Virus record (IMG/VR): IMGVR_UViG_3300028025_006304
Coordinates: 32,001 to 96,000 of that record
Source of the DNA: a virus
Reading direction: 5' to 3' (one strand)
DNA length: 64,000 bases
Within the stretch, counting starts at the first letter, position 1, and every line of letters begins with the position of its first letter. The translations under genes and the position numbers were made by a program. A model generated the notes under the pieces. It saw only the letters and a program-made list of their open reading frames with translations, had not been told where the DNA came from and did not search any database. Positions 26,680 to 36,523 of this stretch are shown here, in pieces.

Positions 26680-27453
26680 TCAGAGTTCTCTCTTAACTAC
26701 AGTCTTGAACTCAGTAAAGATAGGTGAGTGATTTGGATTTTCTAGATCAAACAATTTCTTAACTGTTTTGAATATATCCATGTTTTCCTCTGTAGTGCGT
26801 TTAGATTCATATATTTCCCATCCCTTACCTTGCATAAATCCAGTTTTTGACCCACGCTTAGATGATTTGAGCCACAAAATAGCTGTGCGGTTAACTTGCT
26901 TACCGTAGCATTCCTCGTAACACGTAGCGTAGGCGGCTGTTTGTAGATCGTATGTAGTTTGTAGATGGTTGGATGTTTTGAAGTCTATAATCCATAACTC
27001 GTCCTCGATTTCGCAAACCAAGTCACAGGTGCCCGCAATCTCATATACATCGGAGAACAAATGAACTTCGGTCTCAATCAATTTAGGTTTGTATGTCTCC
27101 CAAAAATCTACAAAACGAAGAAACATCTGCCACACATCTGGATTGTGTTGTGGGTTGCCCCCCTCGTTTAGAAAATGGAGCTCTTTACCGTTTAGATATT
27201 CCTCGATTAGCTCGTGAGTGGCTGTACCTTCTTCACCTGCTTTTTTAACAATATATTCTGATGAATAGCCTACTTTTTTTAACCAATCCTCGAAGAATTT
27301 TCCTTTTGGATAAGCTGACAACACGTAAGTGATTGATGGGTAATATTTTCCGTTACGTCTATAGTAACGAGAGTCTGGCATAGTAATCTGTTTAGCATCT
27401 TCTGAAACCTCTAAAATGCGATTGTAAGATTGCTTGATGTTTCTTTTACTCAT
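26680..27453 (-). CDS. PD-(D/E)xK exonuclease (Cas4/lambda-exo-like)
   Basis: YPSITYVL, GT..H..IE, AGTCDL, IIDFKTS, QTAAY. Confidence 0.85.
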   Translation of the reverse strand: MSKRNIKQSYNRILEVSEDAKQITMPDSRYYRRNGKYYPSITYVLSAYPKGKFFEDWLKKVGYSSEYIVKKAGEEGTATHELIEEYLNGKELHFLNEGGNPQHNPDVWQMFLRFVDFWETYKPKLIETEVHLFSDVYEIAGTCDLVCEIEDELWIIDFKTSNHLQTTYDLQTAAYATCYEECYGKQVNRTAILWLKSSKRGSKTGFMQGKGWEIYESKRTTEENMDIFKTVKKLFDLENPNHSPIFTEFKTVVKREL

Positions 27454-28382
27454 ATTAATTCGAGTTTTTTAGCCATTAAATCGTATTGAGTTAACGGGTA
27501 AGTATTTTGAATGAGGGATGTGAACTTTTCAAATCCCATTTCACCTGGATCCTTATCCTCCAGGTTTACTAAATAAACTTCCTTTCCTTCCCCTAGTAAC
27601 ATCTCGGCGTGTTTTAAAGCATCTTTCATCGCATCCTTATCCAGGGCAATATAGATTTGCTTTACAGTTGATGTTACGATCTGCTTCATTAAGTTATCTT
27701 GAATGTGTTTTCCCAAAAGTGGGATAGCGTTGCGTTTGATAGCCAAAGCATCAAATGGCCCCTCACACAATACGAGTGGAGAGGACCAGTTTACGAATAG
27801 CTCAAACGGTACTATATTTTTACTGAGTGGTGGGTTCTTGTATTTGACTGGAGAGTTCGAGTCAAAGTTGCGAGCTACAAAGTAGTTTAGTTTACCCTCG
27901 GTAGAATACGATGGTATAATGATCATCTTGTTATAGACACCACCCTCGCAATATCCTATATTGTATTTGAGTATATCGTGTTTTGAAATGCCTCGTTTTT
28001 TAAGGTAGATTAAAGCATGTCTCCCTACAATATCGTTTTCTGTTATCTCGGATAGTGGTTTAAACTCATCTGGGAGTTTGATATCGAAATGGGCTTGGTT
28101 AGTGGTAATGTGGTGTCCCGATCCTACAAGTGAGCGGAGCTCTGTTATCTTATCTTGTGGGGCATCTATAGCTTTGAATAGGCTAAGTAGTTTGGATCCT
28201 TTTTTACCACACACCCAACAATGCCATTTTTGATAAAAAGTAGCATTCTCATCGTAATTGATCTCGAGTTTGGGTTTGTGGTGATTGCAGAACGGGCACG
28301 TGTGGGCTTGATTGCCGCGTGCTGTTTGTTTGCCGGCTCCTATAACAGAGTTAACTAAGTTGACTACTAGTTGATTTACCAT
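27450..28382 (-). CDS. DNA primase (Zn finger + TOPRIM)
   Basis: CPFC...HCWVC zinc finger; LCEGPFDA, IALDKDA, DKDPGE. Confidence 0.9.
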   Translation of the reverse strand: MVNQLVVNLVNSVIGAGKQTARGNQAHTCPFCNHHKPKLEINYDENATFYQKWHCWVCGKKGSKLLSLFKAIDAPQDKITELRSLVGSGHHITTNQAHFDIKLPDEFKPLSEITENDIVGRHALIYLKKRGISKHDILKYNIGYCEGGVYNKMIIIPSYSTEGKLNYFVARNFDSNSPVKYKNPPLSKNIVPFELFVNWSSPLVLCEGPFDALAIKRNAIPLLGKHIQDNLMKQIVTSTVKQIYIALDKDAMKDALKHAEMLLGEGKEVYLVNLEDKDPGEMGFEKFTSLIQNTYPLTQYDLMAKKLELI

Positions 28383-28389
28383 GTAGACA

Positions 28390-28421
28390 AGATAATAAAG
28401 AAAGCTTGGATAACCAAGCTT
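28390..28421 (-). promoter_or_regulatory. Overlapping terminator hairpin and host-type promoter for primase
   Basis: Sense AAGCTTGGTTATCCAAGCTT-TCTT-TATTATCTTG; TTG-N17-TAT-TATCTTG, 5 nt before the ATG. Confidence 0.55.
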
Positions 28422-28863
28422 ACTCTATAAAGTCTTTTCTGAAGAATTTCCCGAGCACATTATCGTTGTACCATTTTTCCGGTTCCTCCAATACCCCCAT
28501 TGTAAATAAATATTTGCACTCGTAATAGGTAAGTAGCTTTTTACTGGGAACCAACTTTAAGATGACTCTCTCGAACTCGTCTTGTCTACCTTGCTTGAGT
28601 AACTCTAAGATTGGTTTAGCTGAACCATAGTATGTTTTCCAATCGCTTTCCTTTTGGATTACCTCGGTGGTTGATTTTCTACCCCTACCAGATTGCTCAG
28701 CGAGTTGTTTTTTGGTGAGTTTTTTCTTCACGTTGTGGTATAGTACTTTCTTACCAATGTAAGAAAATCCACTTGGAACGTGAGTAACCTGATAAATAAA
28801 ACCATAGGTATCTGCTGGGAAATCTTCTAAGCTAGATACCTCTTTATTATTATATAACCACAT
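28420..28863 (-). CDS. GIY-YIG family nuclease (Seg-like)
   Basis: YGFIYQVT...YIGKK, WKTYYGS, YNDNVLGKF. Confidence 0.7.
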   Translation of the reverse strand: MWLYNNKEVSSLEDFPADTYGFIYQVTHVPSGFSYIGKKVLYHNVKKKLTKKQLAEQSGRGRKSTTEVIQKESDWKTYYGSAKPILELLKQGRQDEFERVILKLVPSKKLLTYYECKYLFTMGVLEEPEKWYNDNVLGKFFRKDFIE

Positions 28864-28873
28864 AAATTATTAT

Positions 28874-29884
28874 TTATAATGCATACCAAGATGATCCATC
28901 CCACATATATGGTCTAGGAGGGGTACTTGCGGATACAGCAAATGACCCAGTAGCTACACCTGAAGGTAGTGGGTGGATTGGTTGCAATGTTAGAACTTGT
29001 GAGGCAGAAACTATTAAGTCCCCATTTATAGTTAAATCTCTAGTTGAAAAATCACCTAAGATAAGAGGACTAGTAGTATTAGATACTGAGCTATGTATTT
29101 TAAGTTTATTAGACTCCCCGGCTACTCCTAAAACTTCATTACCTATGTAAACATTATAATTACCTGTATTATTATTATATCCACTATTTGTGCCTACTGC
29201 AGTATTACCTGCACCTGTAGTTATATTATATAATGAATAAAATCCTAAAGCAGTATTATTATCAGCTGATGTTGCTTGTAACAAAGCTGAATCTCCAACT
29301 ATAGTATTAACTCCTCCACCTTGAAGATTAAATCCAGCTTGGTACCCTACAGCAGTATTACCATCACCTGAGGTTAAAGATAATAAAGCAGCGCTACCTA
29401 CTTGAGTGCTTGAGACATTTTTAAGTCCTACATTTACTCCATTTATCCGAGATGATCCATAAGTTTCAAATGAACCTGATATTATAGCTGATCCGGTGTA
29501 AGGGAATACTCTAACAAAAGAAGCAGTTGTAGCGAAAGATGAACTAGTACTAAAAGAAGCAGTTGTAGCAAATGATGAACTAGCAATACTACTAATGTAG
29601 GAAGCTGTTAAGGCAAATGAAGCACTTGTAGCATTAGCTGCTGTTGAAGCAAATGAAGCTGATGTGGCTAATAAAGCAGTACCATTCAAATTACCCCCAA
29701 ATGAACCAGTAAATGAACCTGACATTCCTTGAGTAGAAACTACAGAGCCTGTAATCCTAAGACTACCACTTATAGAAATATTATAAGCTGCGGTCCCTGT
29801 TAAAGCATCTACAGATTGAGTAACATGCCATGCTTCAACAGTGTTTGAAGTTGTTATCCCGGTTTTTGATAGTACTAGAGCCAT
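28874..29884 (-). CDS. Tail fibre/spike-like protein with beta-helix repeats
   Basis: xSASF repeats and NTAVG/NTALG Gly-Asn repeats. Confidence 0.65.
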   Translation of the reverse strand: MALVLSKTGITTSNTVEAWHVTQSVDALTGTAAYNISISGSLRITGSVVSTQGMSGSFTGSFGGNLNGTALLATSASFASTAANATSASFALTASYISSIASSSFATTASFSTSSSFATTASFVRVFPYTGSAIISGSFETYGSSRINGVNVGLKNVSSTQVGSAALLSLTSGDGNTAVGYQAGFNLQGGGVNTIVGDSALLQATSADNNTALGFYSLYNITTGAGNTAVGTNSGYNNNTGNYNVYIGNEVLGVAGESNKLKIHSSVSNTTSPLILGDFSTRDLTINGDLIVSASQVLTLQPIHPLPSGVATGSFAVSASTPPRPYMWDGSSWYAL

Positions 29885-29885
29885 T

Positions 29886-30881
29886 TTATTTATCTATATT
29901 TACTAAAATTGTTAAATCAGTGGTGTTAGATGTAGGTAAAGGTTGAGCTAATTTCCCCACGGCTAATAAGTTTTGTGCATTATCATATAACCCTACTGTT
30001 GTAACATATGGTGAGAAAAATGAACCAGTAACATTACTACTTAAATTCCCATCACTATCTCTAGCTGATGTATTTAAAGTAAAATTAAATTCATTTTCTC
30101 TAATAGTACATTTGTACTGTGTTTCATAAATAATAATTGAGCTGGAGAAAGAACATGTCACATTAGTGGATGTCATAAAACTATTAATAGAAGGAACAGC
30201 ATCTCCAGCCCCATAAACACCTACACCATAATCATCATATCCATATCCTTCAAAAGTAGCACCACCACCCCCTCCATCTGAGTATGATGATGAGTTTGTT
30301 AATATAATTAGACCTTGGGTGTATATAATATTTCCAAAATTAGCACCATTTGATTCAACTATAATATTACCCTCACCATCATCTACTAATGATACACTAG
30401 CTGAGGTAAATCTAAAAGAATTAGGTACTATATAATCACCATAAATTTTAGATGGGATAGAGATAACTCCTATAGTATTTCCTGATCCTGTAGGAATAAA
30501 TCTAGTAGGAACTAGTGTACTCTGTAAAAAATTATCATATAATGGACTTTGAATAGCCCCTATTAAAACATCTCCACTCGTATTAGAACCAGGGAATAGT
30601 ACAGGCTGAGATACATTATCTCCAGCACTAGAAGATAAATAATTGCTGTAATAAAGTTGTTTAATTGATTGGTAAATTAAAGCTTGGTATTGGGTAGACA
30701 ATGTACCTGTAGTTGATTGATCATCAAACCAATCAACATTTGTACCTAAAAACCTATCAATACCAACTAATTGACCGTCAGATCCAGTTGCCCATTGTGA
30801 ATAAGGAAAATCAAAATTTTTGTTAACCGTAAACGGTGTAACAATTATATCAGAGGCTAAAAATTGTTTCCAAGCACTCAT
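29886..30881 (-). CDS. Virion baseplate/tail protein
   Basis: C-terminal PYVTTVGLYD..NLLAVGKLAQPL (tail-collar-like). Confidence 0.6.
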   Translation of the reverse strand: MSAWKQFLASDIIVTPFTVNKNFDFPYSQWATGSDGQLVGIDRFLGTNVDWFDDQSTTGTLSTQYQALIYQSIKQLYYSNYLSSSAGDNVSQPVLFPGSNTSGDVLIGAIQSPLYDNFLQSTLVPTRFIPTGSGNTIGVISIPSKIYGDYIVPNSFRFTSASVSLVDDGEGNIIVESNGANFGNIIYTQGLIILTNSSSYSDGGGGGATFEGYGYDDYGVGVYGAGDAVPSINSFMTSTNVTCSFSSSIIIYETQYKCTIRENEFNFTLNTSARDSDGNLSSNVTGSFFSPYVTTVGLYDNAQNLLAVGKLAQPLPTSNTTDLTILVNIDK

Positions 30882-30885
30882 TCAT

Positions 30886-31899
30886 TTAAAAATCTAACTT
30901 TATTCTAATAAGGGCTTCCTTAGTGAAATCCTTAACCAATGGTCTAGACAATTTAGCTACGGCTAATAACTCATTAGCATCGTTGTATAAACCAACTGTT
31001 GTAATATATGTTTGTGGGTTATTAATAAAGCTTGAATAAAGTACCTCACCAGTTGAACCTGAGATAAATGATGGGTTAGTTGTATAGTTAAACTCAGCGT
31101 TCTGTGGTCTTACATAAACATAATCTGAGGTAATATTTTCTTGAGAGTTTAGAGTAAATGAAGCACCAGTTTTAATAGCATCAAATAAAGCTGTATAGTT
31201 GACTGTATTGCTTGTGTTAGTAGAGGTAATTGTTAAACCTATACCACCCCCAGCTCCTCCGGCTACAGCTAAAGCTGCAGAGTTCAATAAAATAGTTCCC
31301 ATATCCGGAATAAACCAACCATATGAACCTGAGTTGGTAGAATATCCTGTTCCTGAATAAGCTGATCCATTAGATCCAGATACAATTTGGTATACTCTAG
31401 TTCCATTAATATAAGGTACTACAGAAATATCATTACTGTTATCTGTTAATTTAAGAGTAGCTCCACTCTTAGTTAATGTAAGATTTAAAGAACCTGGGAA
31501 AAGAGATTGTTTATAATTTGATCTCTCAACTGAGATAATATGGAATTGAGATTGAGTTACATTACCAAATATAAAAGCTGAGTTCTCATCCTCTAGGATA
31601 AGATTTCTATACTGACCATATAAGGTTTTGGATGGAGAATATCCTACGACATTTGTGTCATATGGTACTGAACCTGAACCTACAGCATTAGCATACCCAA
31701 CATAGAATTGGATAGCGGCTGTATCTAAAGTAGAGGCAGTTTGGTAAGTAGCTAATACATATGAACCTTGTGAGCTATTTACTTGGGTTGAGGAAGTAAA
31801 AAATGTAGTTAAGTTATATACATTATTAGTCCAACAAGGTGCTGTAACCGAATCAGCTGAGACTAAGAAATCGGATGGGGTTAATCTTTTAAATGACAT
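30886..31899 (-). CDS. Virion baseplate/tail protein, paralog of 29886-30881
   Basis: C-terminal TYITTVGLYND..ELLAVAKLSRPL. Confidence 0.6.
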   Translation of the reverse strand: MSFKRLTPSDFLVSADSVTAPCWTNNVYNLTTFFTSSTQVNSSQGSYVLATYQTASTLDTAAIQFYVGYANAVGSGSVPYDTNVVGYSPSKTLYGQYRNLILEDENSAFIFGNVTQSQFHIISVERSNYKQSLFPGSLNLTLTKSGATLKLTDNSNDISVVPYINGTRVYQIVSGSNGSAYSGTGYSTNSGSYGWFIPDMGTILLNSAALAVAGGAGGGIGLTITSTNTSNTVNYTALFDAIKTGASFTLNSQENITSDYVYVRPQNAEFNYTTNPSFISGSTGEVLYSSFINNPQTYITTVGLYNDANELLAVAKLSRPLVKDFTKEALIRIKLDF

Positions 31900-31908
31900 A
31901 TCTTAATC

Positions 31909-32562
31909 TTATTGTTTTGTAATAGTTACTGGGATTGTAATACGAGCACCTGAATCTCTACCTACTACTGTTAAAGTGGCTTGTAAGATTGAATTTGAAC
32001 CAAATAATGTATTTACAGTAGTTGCGGTTAAGTTAATTGTGGTACCAATTACTGTTTTAGATACGTTAGTACCAACTGTTGTAGTTGAATTAAGAGCTAT
32101 TGCATCTGGGGTGTTGATACCTACACCATTGAATTGGCTAAGTGTTCTAACATCTGAGATAGTGGCTGTGTAGCCTGAGGTCTCATAAGTTGAATTACCA
32201 CCTAGGTAATTTAGGGTTTGAGGAGTGATTGCTAATGAAGCCCCTTGTTTAAGAGTGATTGCAGCATATCCTAGATCAAGTACTGGCATTTTAGAGGTTC
32301 CACGAGGTAGTGTAGTTAACACATACTTCATTTCTTGAGTTACAAGAGGGAATGCTTCTAGAAGAGGCATGTTTTCAATTGCTTGACCATAATAAGCTGA
32401 ACCTGAAGGGTTAGTTGGATTATAAAGTGTATAATCGATTTCATCATCAGATAAAGCAAATTGAGTAATACGGAATGAACCGTCGTTTTTAGCAAGTAAC
32501 TCTCTACCTACATCTGTTAAGATAGCATCTACTGTTACTACTGCGTTATTTAAATATCCCAT
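31909..32562 (-). CDS. Virion structural protein
   Basis: VDAILTDVGRELLA...FALSDDEIDY; Thr-rich; late motif at 32587-32594. Confidence 0.6.
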   Translation of the reverse strand: MGYLNNAVVTVDAILTDVGRELLAKNDGSFRITQFALSDDEIDYTLYNPTNPSGSAYYGQAIENMPLLEAFPLVTQEMKYVLTTLPRGTSKMPVLDLGYAAITLKQGASLAITPQTLNYLGGNSTYETSGYTATISDVRTLSQFNGVGINTPDAIALNSTTTVGTNVSKTVIGTTINLTATTVNTLFGSNSILQATLTVVGRDSGARITIPVTITKQ

Positions 32563-32626
32563 TGTTGTTTAAAGTCTAGGTTTTGTTATAAATATACAAA
32601 AAGAAAAAATTAGTGGCACGTTTAAA

Positions 32627-35600
32627 TTAGAAAGAACCATTTAATAAAACTCGTTTCCAACCCCCAGAAGCGGTTTTAACATATAAATAATCTTCATCCC
32701 AAGTTATCTGTCCTTGGTAACCACTACTATCACCATTACCTGTAGGAGTGTAAGGCTCTCTAATTCTTAAACCTTCTACGGGTGCTGCTCCATTTTCAAT
32801 ATCTACAACTGATCTGGGGGTATTTCCATTAAATACTGTATAACCATTAAAAGGTTCAAAATAGTTTGTTGTATCTCCAAGTACTGTAGATGAGCTAAAG
32901 TATGGAATAGCATATTGTGAACCTGATACACTACCTCCACCTCCAGTAGCCCAAGCTATACCATTAGATGTTGATGTAAGTACTTGATTAGCACTACCTG
33001 AGCTGTTGTTTACGTCAAAAAGAGATCCACTGATTCTAGCACTTTTGATAAGATCTACACCTGTATAACTTGTGTTTCCTACTGTTAACCAGTTAGAGGA
33101 ACTTACAAACATAGCATTTCTAGAGGTTCCGGTTGTGTCTTGGAATCTTAAAGATGTACTATTTAGATTAGATCCTGTAATAGAGATAGCTCCTACTACT
33201 GTTAATGTGTGACCCGGGGTAGAGGTTCCTATACCTACTCTATTATTAACATCATCATAGGACATTGATATTGCTCCACCAAATGATCCACCATTATTAT
33301 ATTGTACTTGACCGTCTGAACCACCAGGTGTTCCACCTCCTCCACTACCAGAGGCTGCTACAAAAATATCAACTATTCCTCCACCAGCATTACTAGCTAT
33401 AACTCCTGATCCTGTAAAATTAAGAGTAGTAAATGGACCTCCTATATCTGTTCCTTCATCTGTTACCTCAATAAAATATTGAGATACAGATGCAGCTAAA
33501 TTAGCGAATGATGCTGTAGTTGCAAATGAGGCACTAGTTGCAAATGAAGCAGATACTGCTCTAGAAGCTGAAGTAGCAAATGAAGCGCTTATAGCTTGAG
33601 AGGCACTTGTAGCAAATGAGGCACTTATAGCATTATTAACATTATTTACAGTTAGAGGGAATGTACTTCCATCACCTTTAGTAAATGTTAAAGTAGCATT
33701 AGATACAGAGCCGGTTACTAATAAAGAACCAGTATTAACAGATCCACCAAATGAACTAGTACTATAATATGTTAATCGTCCTGTACTTGGGTTAAAACCT
33801 ACAACATTAGGAGTAGTTATATTAGGTAATAGATTTTGAGCAAATAACCCACTACCTGATATAAAGAAATCATAAGTATTTAACCCAGCTATAGCTCCAT
33901 CTGAGATATGAAATTCACTACTCCCAGATAAACGAAACATTAAAGTATCATCTATAGCTAAAACAGTTCTGTTTCCTGTTAAAGTGCCATCACTATTATA
34001 GATGTTAAGAGCATTTGCTATTATAGATCCTGTATTAAAATAGGAAAATAACCCTGTAGTTGTATTATAACCTAATATATTAGATTGTGATGATGAAGGT
34101 ATTAAAGCATGGATATTACCTGAAACAAATAATAAAGCACTTGGTGGGGTTCCATTAAAATAAGCTGTATCATATTTCAATCCAACTTTTCCATCTCTAC
34201 GGAAAGTAACCAATTGAGTACCACTTCCAAAATTACCAGACTGGAATTCAAATGCATTACCATTCCCACCAACAGTTCTTATATTATTAAAATATGTAGC
34301 TGCTATATTAGAATCAGAATCATATGTTATTCTTGTACCTTGAGTAGTTGTAGCTCCTTCTTCGGATAGTAAAAGGAATACTTCATTTTCTTGTGCTTGA
34401 GAAGTAACAGTAATACCTACATTAGAATTACCAATTCCCGTTCCTAAAACATGGAGATTACTAGCAGGAGTATTAGTCCCCATACCAATTATTCCTGATG
34501 AACTTAAGAACAAGACAGGTTGGTTAGATGGAGAAATTGTAGCTATACTTGAGGTAAAGGATAGATTATAGCTGTTTAAATCAGCAGTTCTATTTCCTGT
34601 TAAAGAACCATCTGAGTTATAGATGTTAACATTAGAGAAAGGTAAAAGGGAAGAAGAAAAATATGTCCACTCTCCAGAGGCTGTATTGAGCCCAATTAAA
34701 TGAGATTGAGCAATATTAGATATATGAGGCCCATAAATTTGCCCTGAGCTAGATATAGCTAAAGAAGCTGATGTAGTTAACCTAGGTTTAGTAAATTGAG
34801 AATCAGCTACAAATGACCATTTATCATTTAAACTAGCTAGTCCAGCAGAAGCAGAAATTGCTAAACTTATAAATCTAGATCTAGCATAGTCACTACCTGC
34901 TAATACATAAGAACTTATAGAAGTAGGAATAGTTATTCTTTCATCATTATTTAGGTTTACCCAAATCCCCGATGCGCTATTAGGGGTTCTACCTCCAATA
35001 AACCCACCACCGTTAATCTCAAGTCCTCCTATTTGAGCATATGAATTATTTCTACCATTTCCTATAGGAGGTCCAACTTTTACAAATTGATTATCCCCTA
35101 TTTCAGAGCTAGTTACAATTAATCCTAATACCCCGGGATTTCTTGAGTCATAACTTTGAGAGATATATAAAGTAGTATTATCATAATCATAGAATAAACT
35201 AGCAGTAGCATGCCATTCACTACCTGATTTAAAATATACTTCTTTATCTAGTCCTGGAGGATTAATCCCTACTTCAACACCAGTTGACCCAGATGTAATA
35301 GCATAAAGTTGATCTACAAAATTTATAGCATCAACATCAGCTCTAGTAAGAGATCCAGTATAGTAAATATCAAGTTGATTACCAGTAGCACCTTGGGCTC
35401 CTGTAGGTCCAGTAGTGCCTTGAGCACCTTGAGCTCCCTGCACACCTTGAGCACCTTGAGCTCCCTGTGCACCCTGTGCTCCTTGTAAACCTTGGGCACC
35501 CTGTGCACCTGTTCCTCCTTGAGCACCTTGAGCTCCCTGTGCGCCTTGGGCTCCTGTAGCACCCTGTGCACCCTGTGCACCCTGTGCTCCTTGTAAACCT

Positions 35601-36520
35601 TGTGCACCTTGGGCTCCCTGGGCACCTGTTCCTCCTTGTGCTCCTTGTGCACCTTGAGATCCTTGAGCACCTTGTAAACCTTGTGCTCCTTGAGCACCTT
35701 GCAGACCTTGGGCACCTTGGGCTCCTTGAGCTCCTACTGCACCTTGAGCACCAGTAGCTCCTTGGGCACCCTGTGCACCTTGTAGACCTTGAGCACCTTG
35801 TGCACCTTGTAGACCTTGAGCGCCTTGAGCGCCTTGGGCACCTTGGGAACCTGTTGCACCTTGTGCTCCTGTATTACCTTGTAATCCTTGTGCTCCTTGG
35901 GCACCTTGTGCACCTTGTGCACCCTGAGCTCCTTGTGGACCTACACTACCTCCTCCACCTGATCCAGCTCCAAAAAAATCAAAACTTATACAAACAGGAA
36001 CATCTTCTGTAAATATATCAGTTATAAAAGCTGAAGAGGAGAGTCTAGCATTATTTGAAGATGAAACAAAGTGAAATTCTCCAAATGATGTTTTATTAAC
36101 AAAACCATCAAATTCAAAAATTACAAATTTACTTGCGTCAGTTTTATTAACAATAGTTAAAGATCCACTATAAACTGGGTCTGTCATTTGAAAATATGAC
36201 AGCATAGGCAATCCTGCAGAACTAGTATAGTTAAAGGAAGCTGTGGTTACTAATGATGAAGTTAAACTATTTAAAGAAAAGTGGCTACTTGATGGGTTAA
36301 GTAAAGTATCAGTACTAGAAGTATACTCATATTGAATACAAAAAAACTGATTGCTTAAGGGAGTTAAAGAAGTAACCCCAAACTCATCAATAGTTAAAGC
36401 ATAATCATTCCAACCTTGATCTAAGACTGGAAGATTTTCTTTATTGAAAGCTAAACGTCTATCAATCCAAGCACCTCCATCAGTGTCAAGACGTTTATTT
36501 GCTATTCTTTGTTCAGCCAT
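32627..36520 (-). CDS. Collagen-like tail fibre protein
   Basis: About 62 Gly-X-Y triplets, repeated NIYNSDG.LTGNRT modules, xSASF repeats, C-terminal [20 protein letters not shown]. Confidence 0.8.
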   Translation of the reverse strand: MAEQRIANKRLDTDGGAWIDRRLAFNKENLPVLDQGWNDYALTIDEFGVTSLTPLSNQFFCIQYEYTSSTDTLLNPSSSHFSLNSLTSSLVTTASFNYTSSAGLPMLSYFQMTDPVYSGSLTIVNKTDASKFVIFEFDGFVNKTSFGEFHFVSSSNNARLSSSAFITDIFTEDVPVCISFDFFGAGSGGGGSVGPQGAQGAQGAQGAQGAQGLQGNTGAQGATGSQGAQGAQGAQGLQGAQGAQGLQGAQGAQGATGAQGAVGAQGAQGAQGLQGAQGAQGLQGAQGSQGAQGAQGGTGAQGAQGAQGLQGAQGAQGAQGATGAQGAQGAQGAQGGTGAQGAQGLQGAQGAQGAQGAQGVQGAQGAQGTTGPTGAQGATGNQLDIYYTGSLTRADVDAINFVDQLYAITSGSTGVEVGINPPGLDKEVYFKSGSEWHATASLFYDYDNTTLYISQSYDSRNPGVLGLIVTSSEIGDNQFVKVGPPIGNGRNNSYAQIGGLEINGGGFIGGRTPNSASGIWVNLNNDERITIPTSISSYVLAGSDYARSRFISLAISASAGLASLNDKWSFVADSQFTKPRLTTSASLAISSSGQIYGPHISNIAQSHLIGLNTASGEWTYFSSSLLPFSNVNIYNSDGSLTGNRTADLNSYNLSFTSSIATISPSNQPVLFLSSSGIIGMGTNTPASNLHVLGTGIGNSNVGITVTSQAQENEVFLLLSEEGATTTQGTRITYDSDSNIAATYFNNIRTVGGNGNAFEFQSGNFGSGTQLVTFRRDGKVGLKYDTAYFNGTPPSALLFVSGNIHALIPSSSQSNILGYNTTTGLFSYFNTGSIIANALNIYNSDGTLTGNRTVLAIDDTLMFRLSGSSEFHISDGAIAGLNTYDFFISGSGLFAQNLLPNITTPNVVGFNPSTGRLTYYSTSSFGGSVNTGSLLVTGSVSNATLTFTKGDGSTFPLTVNNVNNAISASFATSASQAISASFATSASRAVSASFATSASFATTASFANLAASVSQYFIEVTDEGTDIGGPFTTLNFTGSGVIASNAGGGIVDIFVAASGSGGGGTPGGSDGQVQYNNGGSFGGAISMSYDDVNNRVGIGTSTPGHTLTVVGAISITGSNLNSTSLRFQDTTGTSRNAMFVSSSNWLTVGNTSYTGVDLIKSARISGSLFDVNNSSGSANQVLTSTSNGIAWATGGGGSVSGSQYAIPYFSSSTVLGDTTNYFEPFNGYTVFNGNTPRSVVDIENGAAPVEGLRIREPYTPTGNGDSSGYQGQITWDEDYLYVKTASGGWKRVLLNGSF
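35375..35941 (-). repeat. 9-bp degenerate tandem repeat encoding (Gly-Ala-Gln)n
   Basis: Plus strand gcaccttga/gcaccttgt/gctccttgg repeats, in frame within the fibre gene. Confidence 0.95.
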
Positions 36521-36523
36521 ATA

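Noticed and set aside
7270-28382. Inteins or group I introns in portal, terminase or primase
   Set aside because: Lengths are ordinary, frames are uninterrupted, and no C/S...HN splice motifs or LAGLIDADG blocks were seen
35323-36012. Four short His/Val/Leu-rich ORFs in the fibre gene
   Set aside because: Alternative-frame readings of the 9-bp collagen repeat
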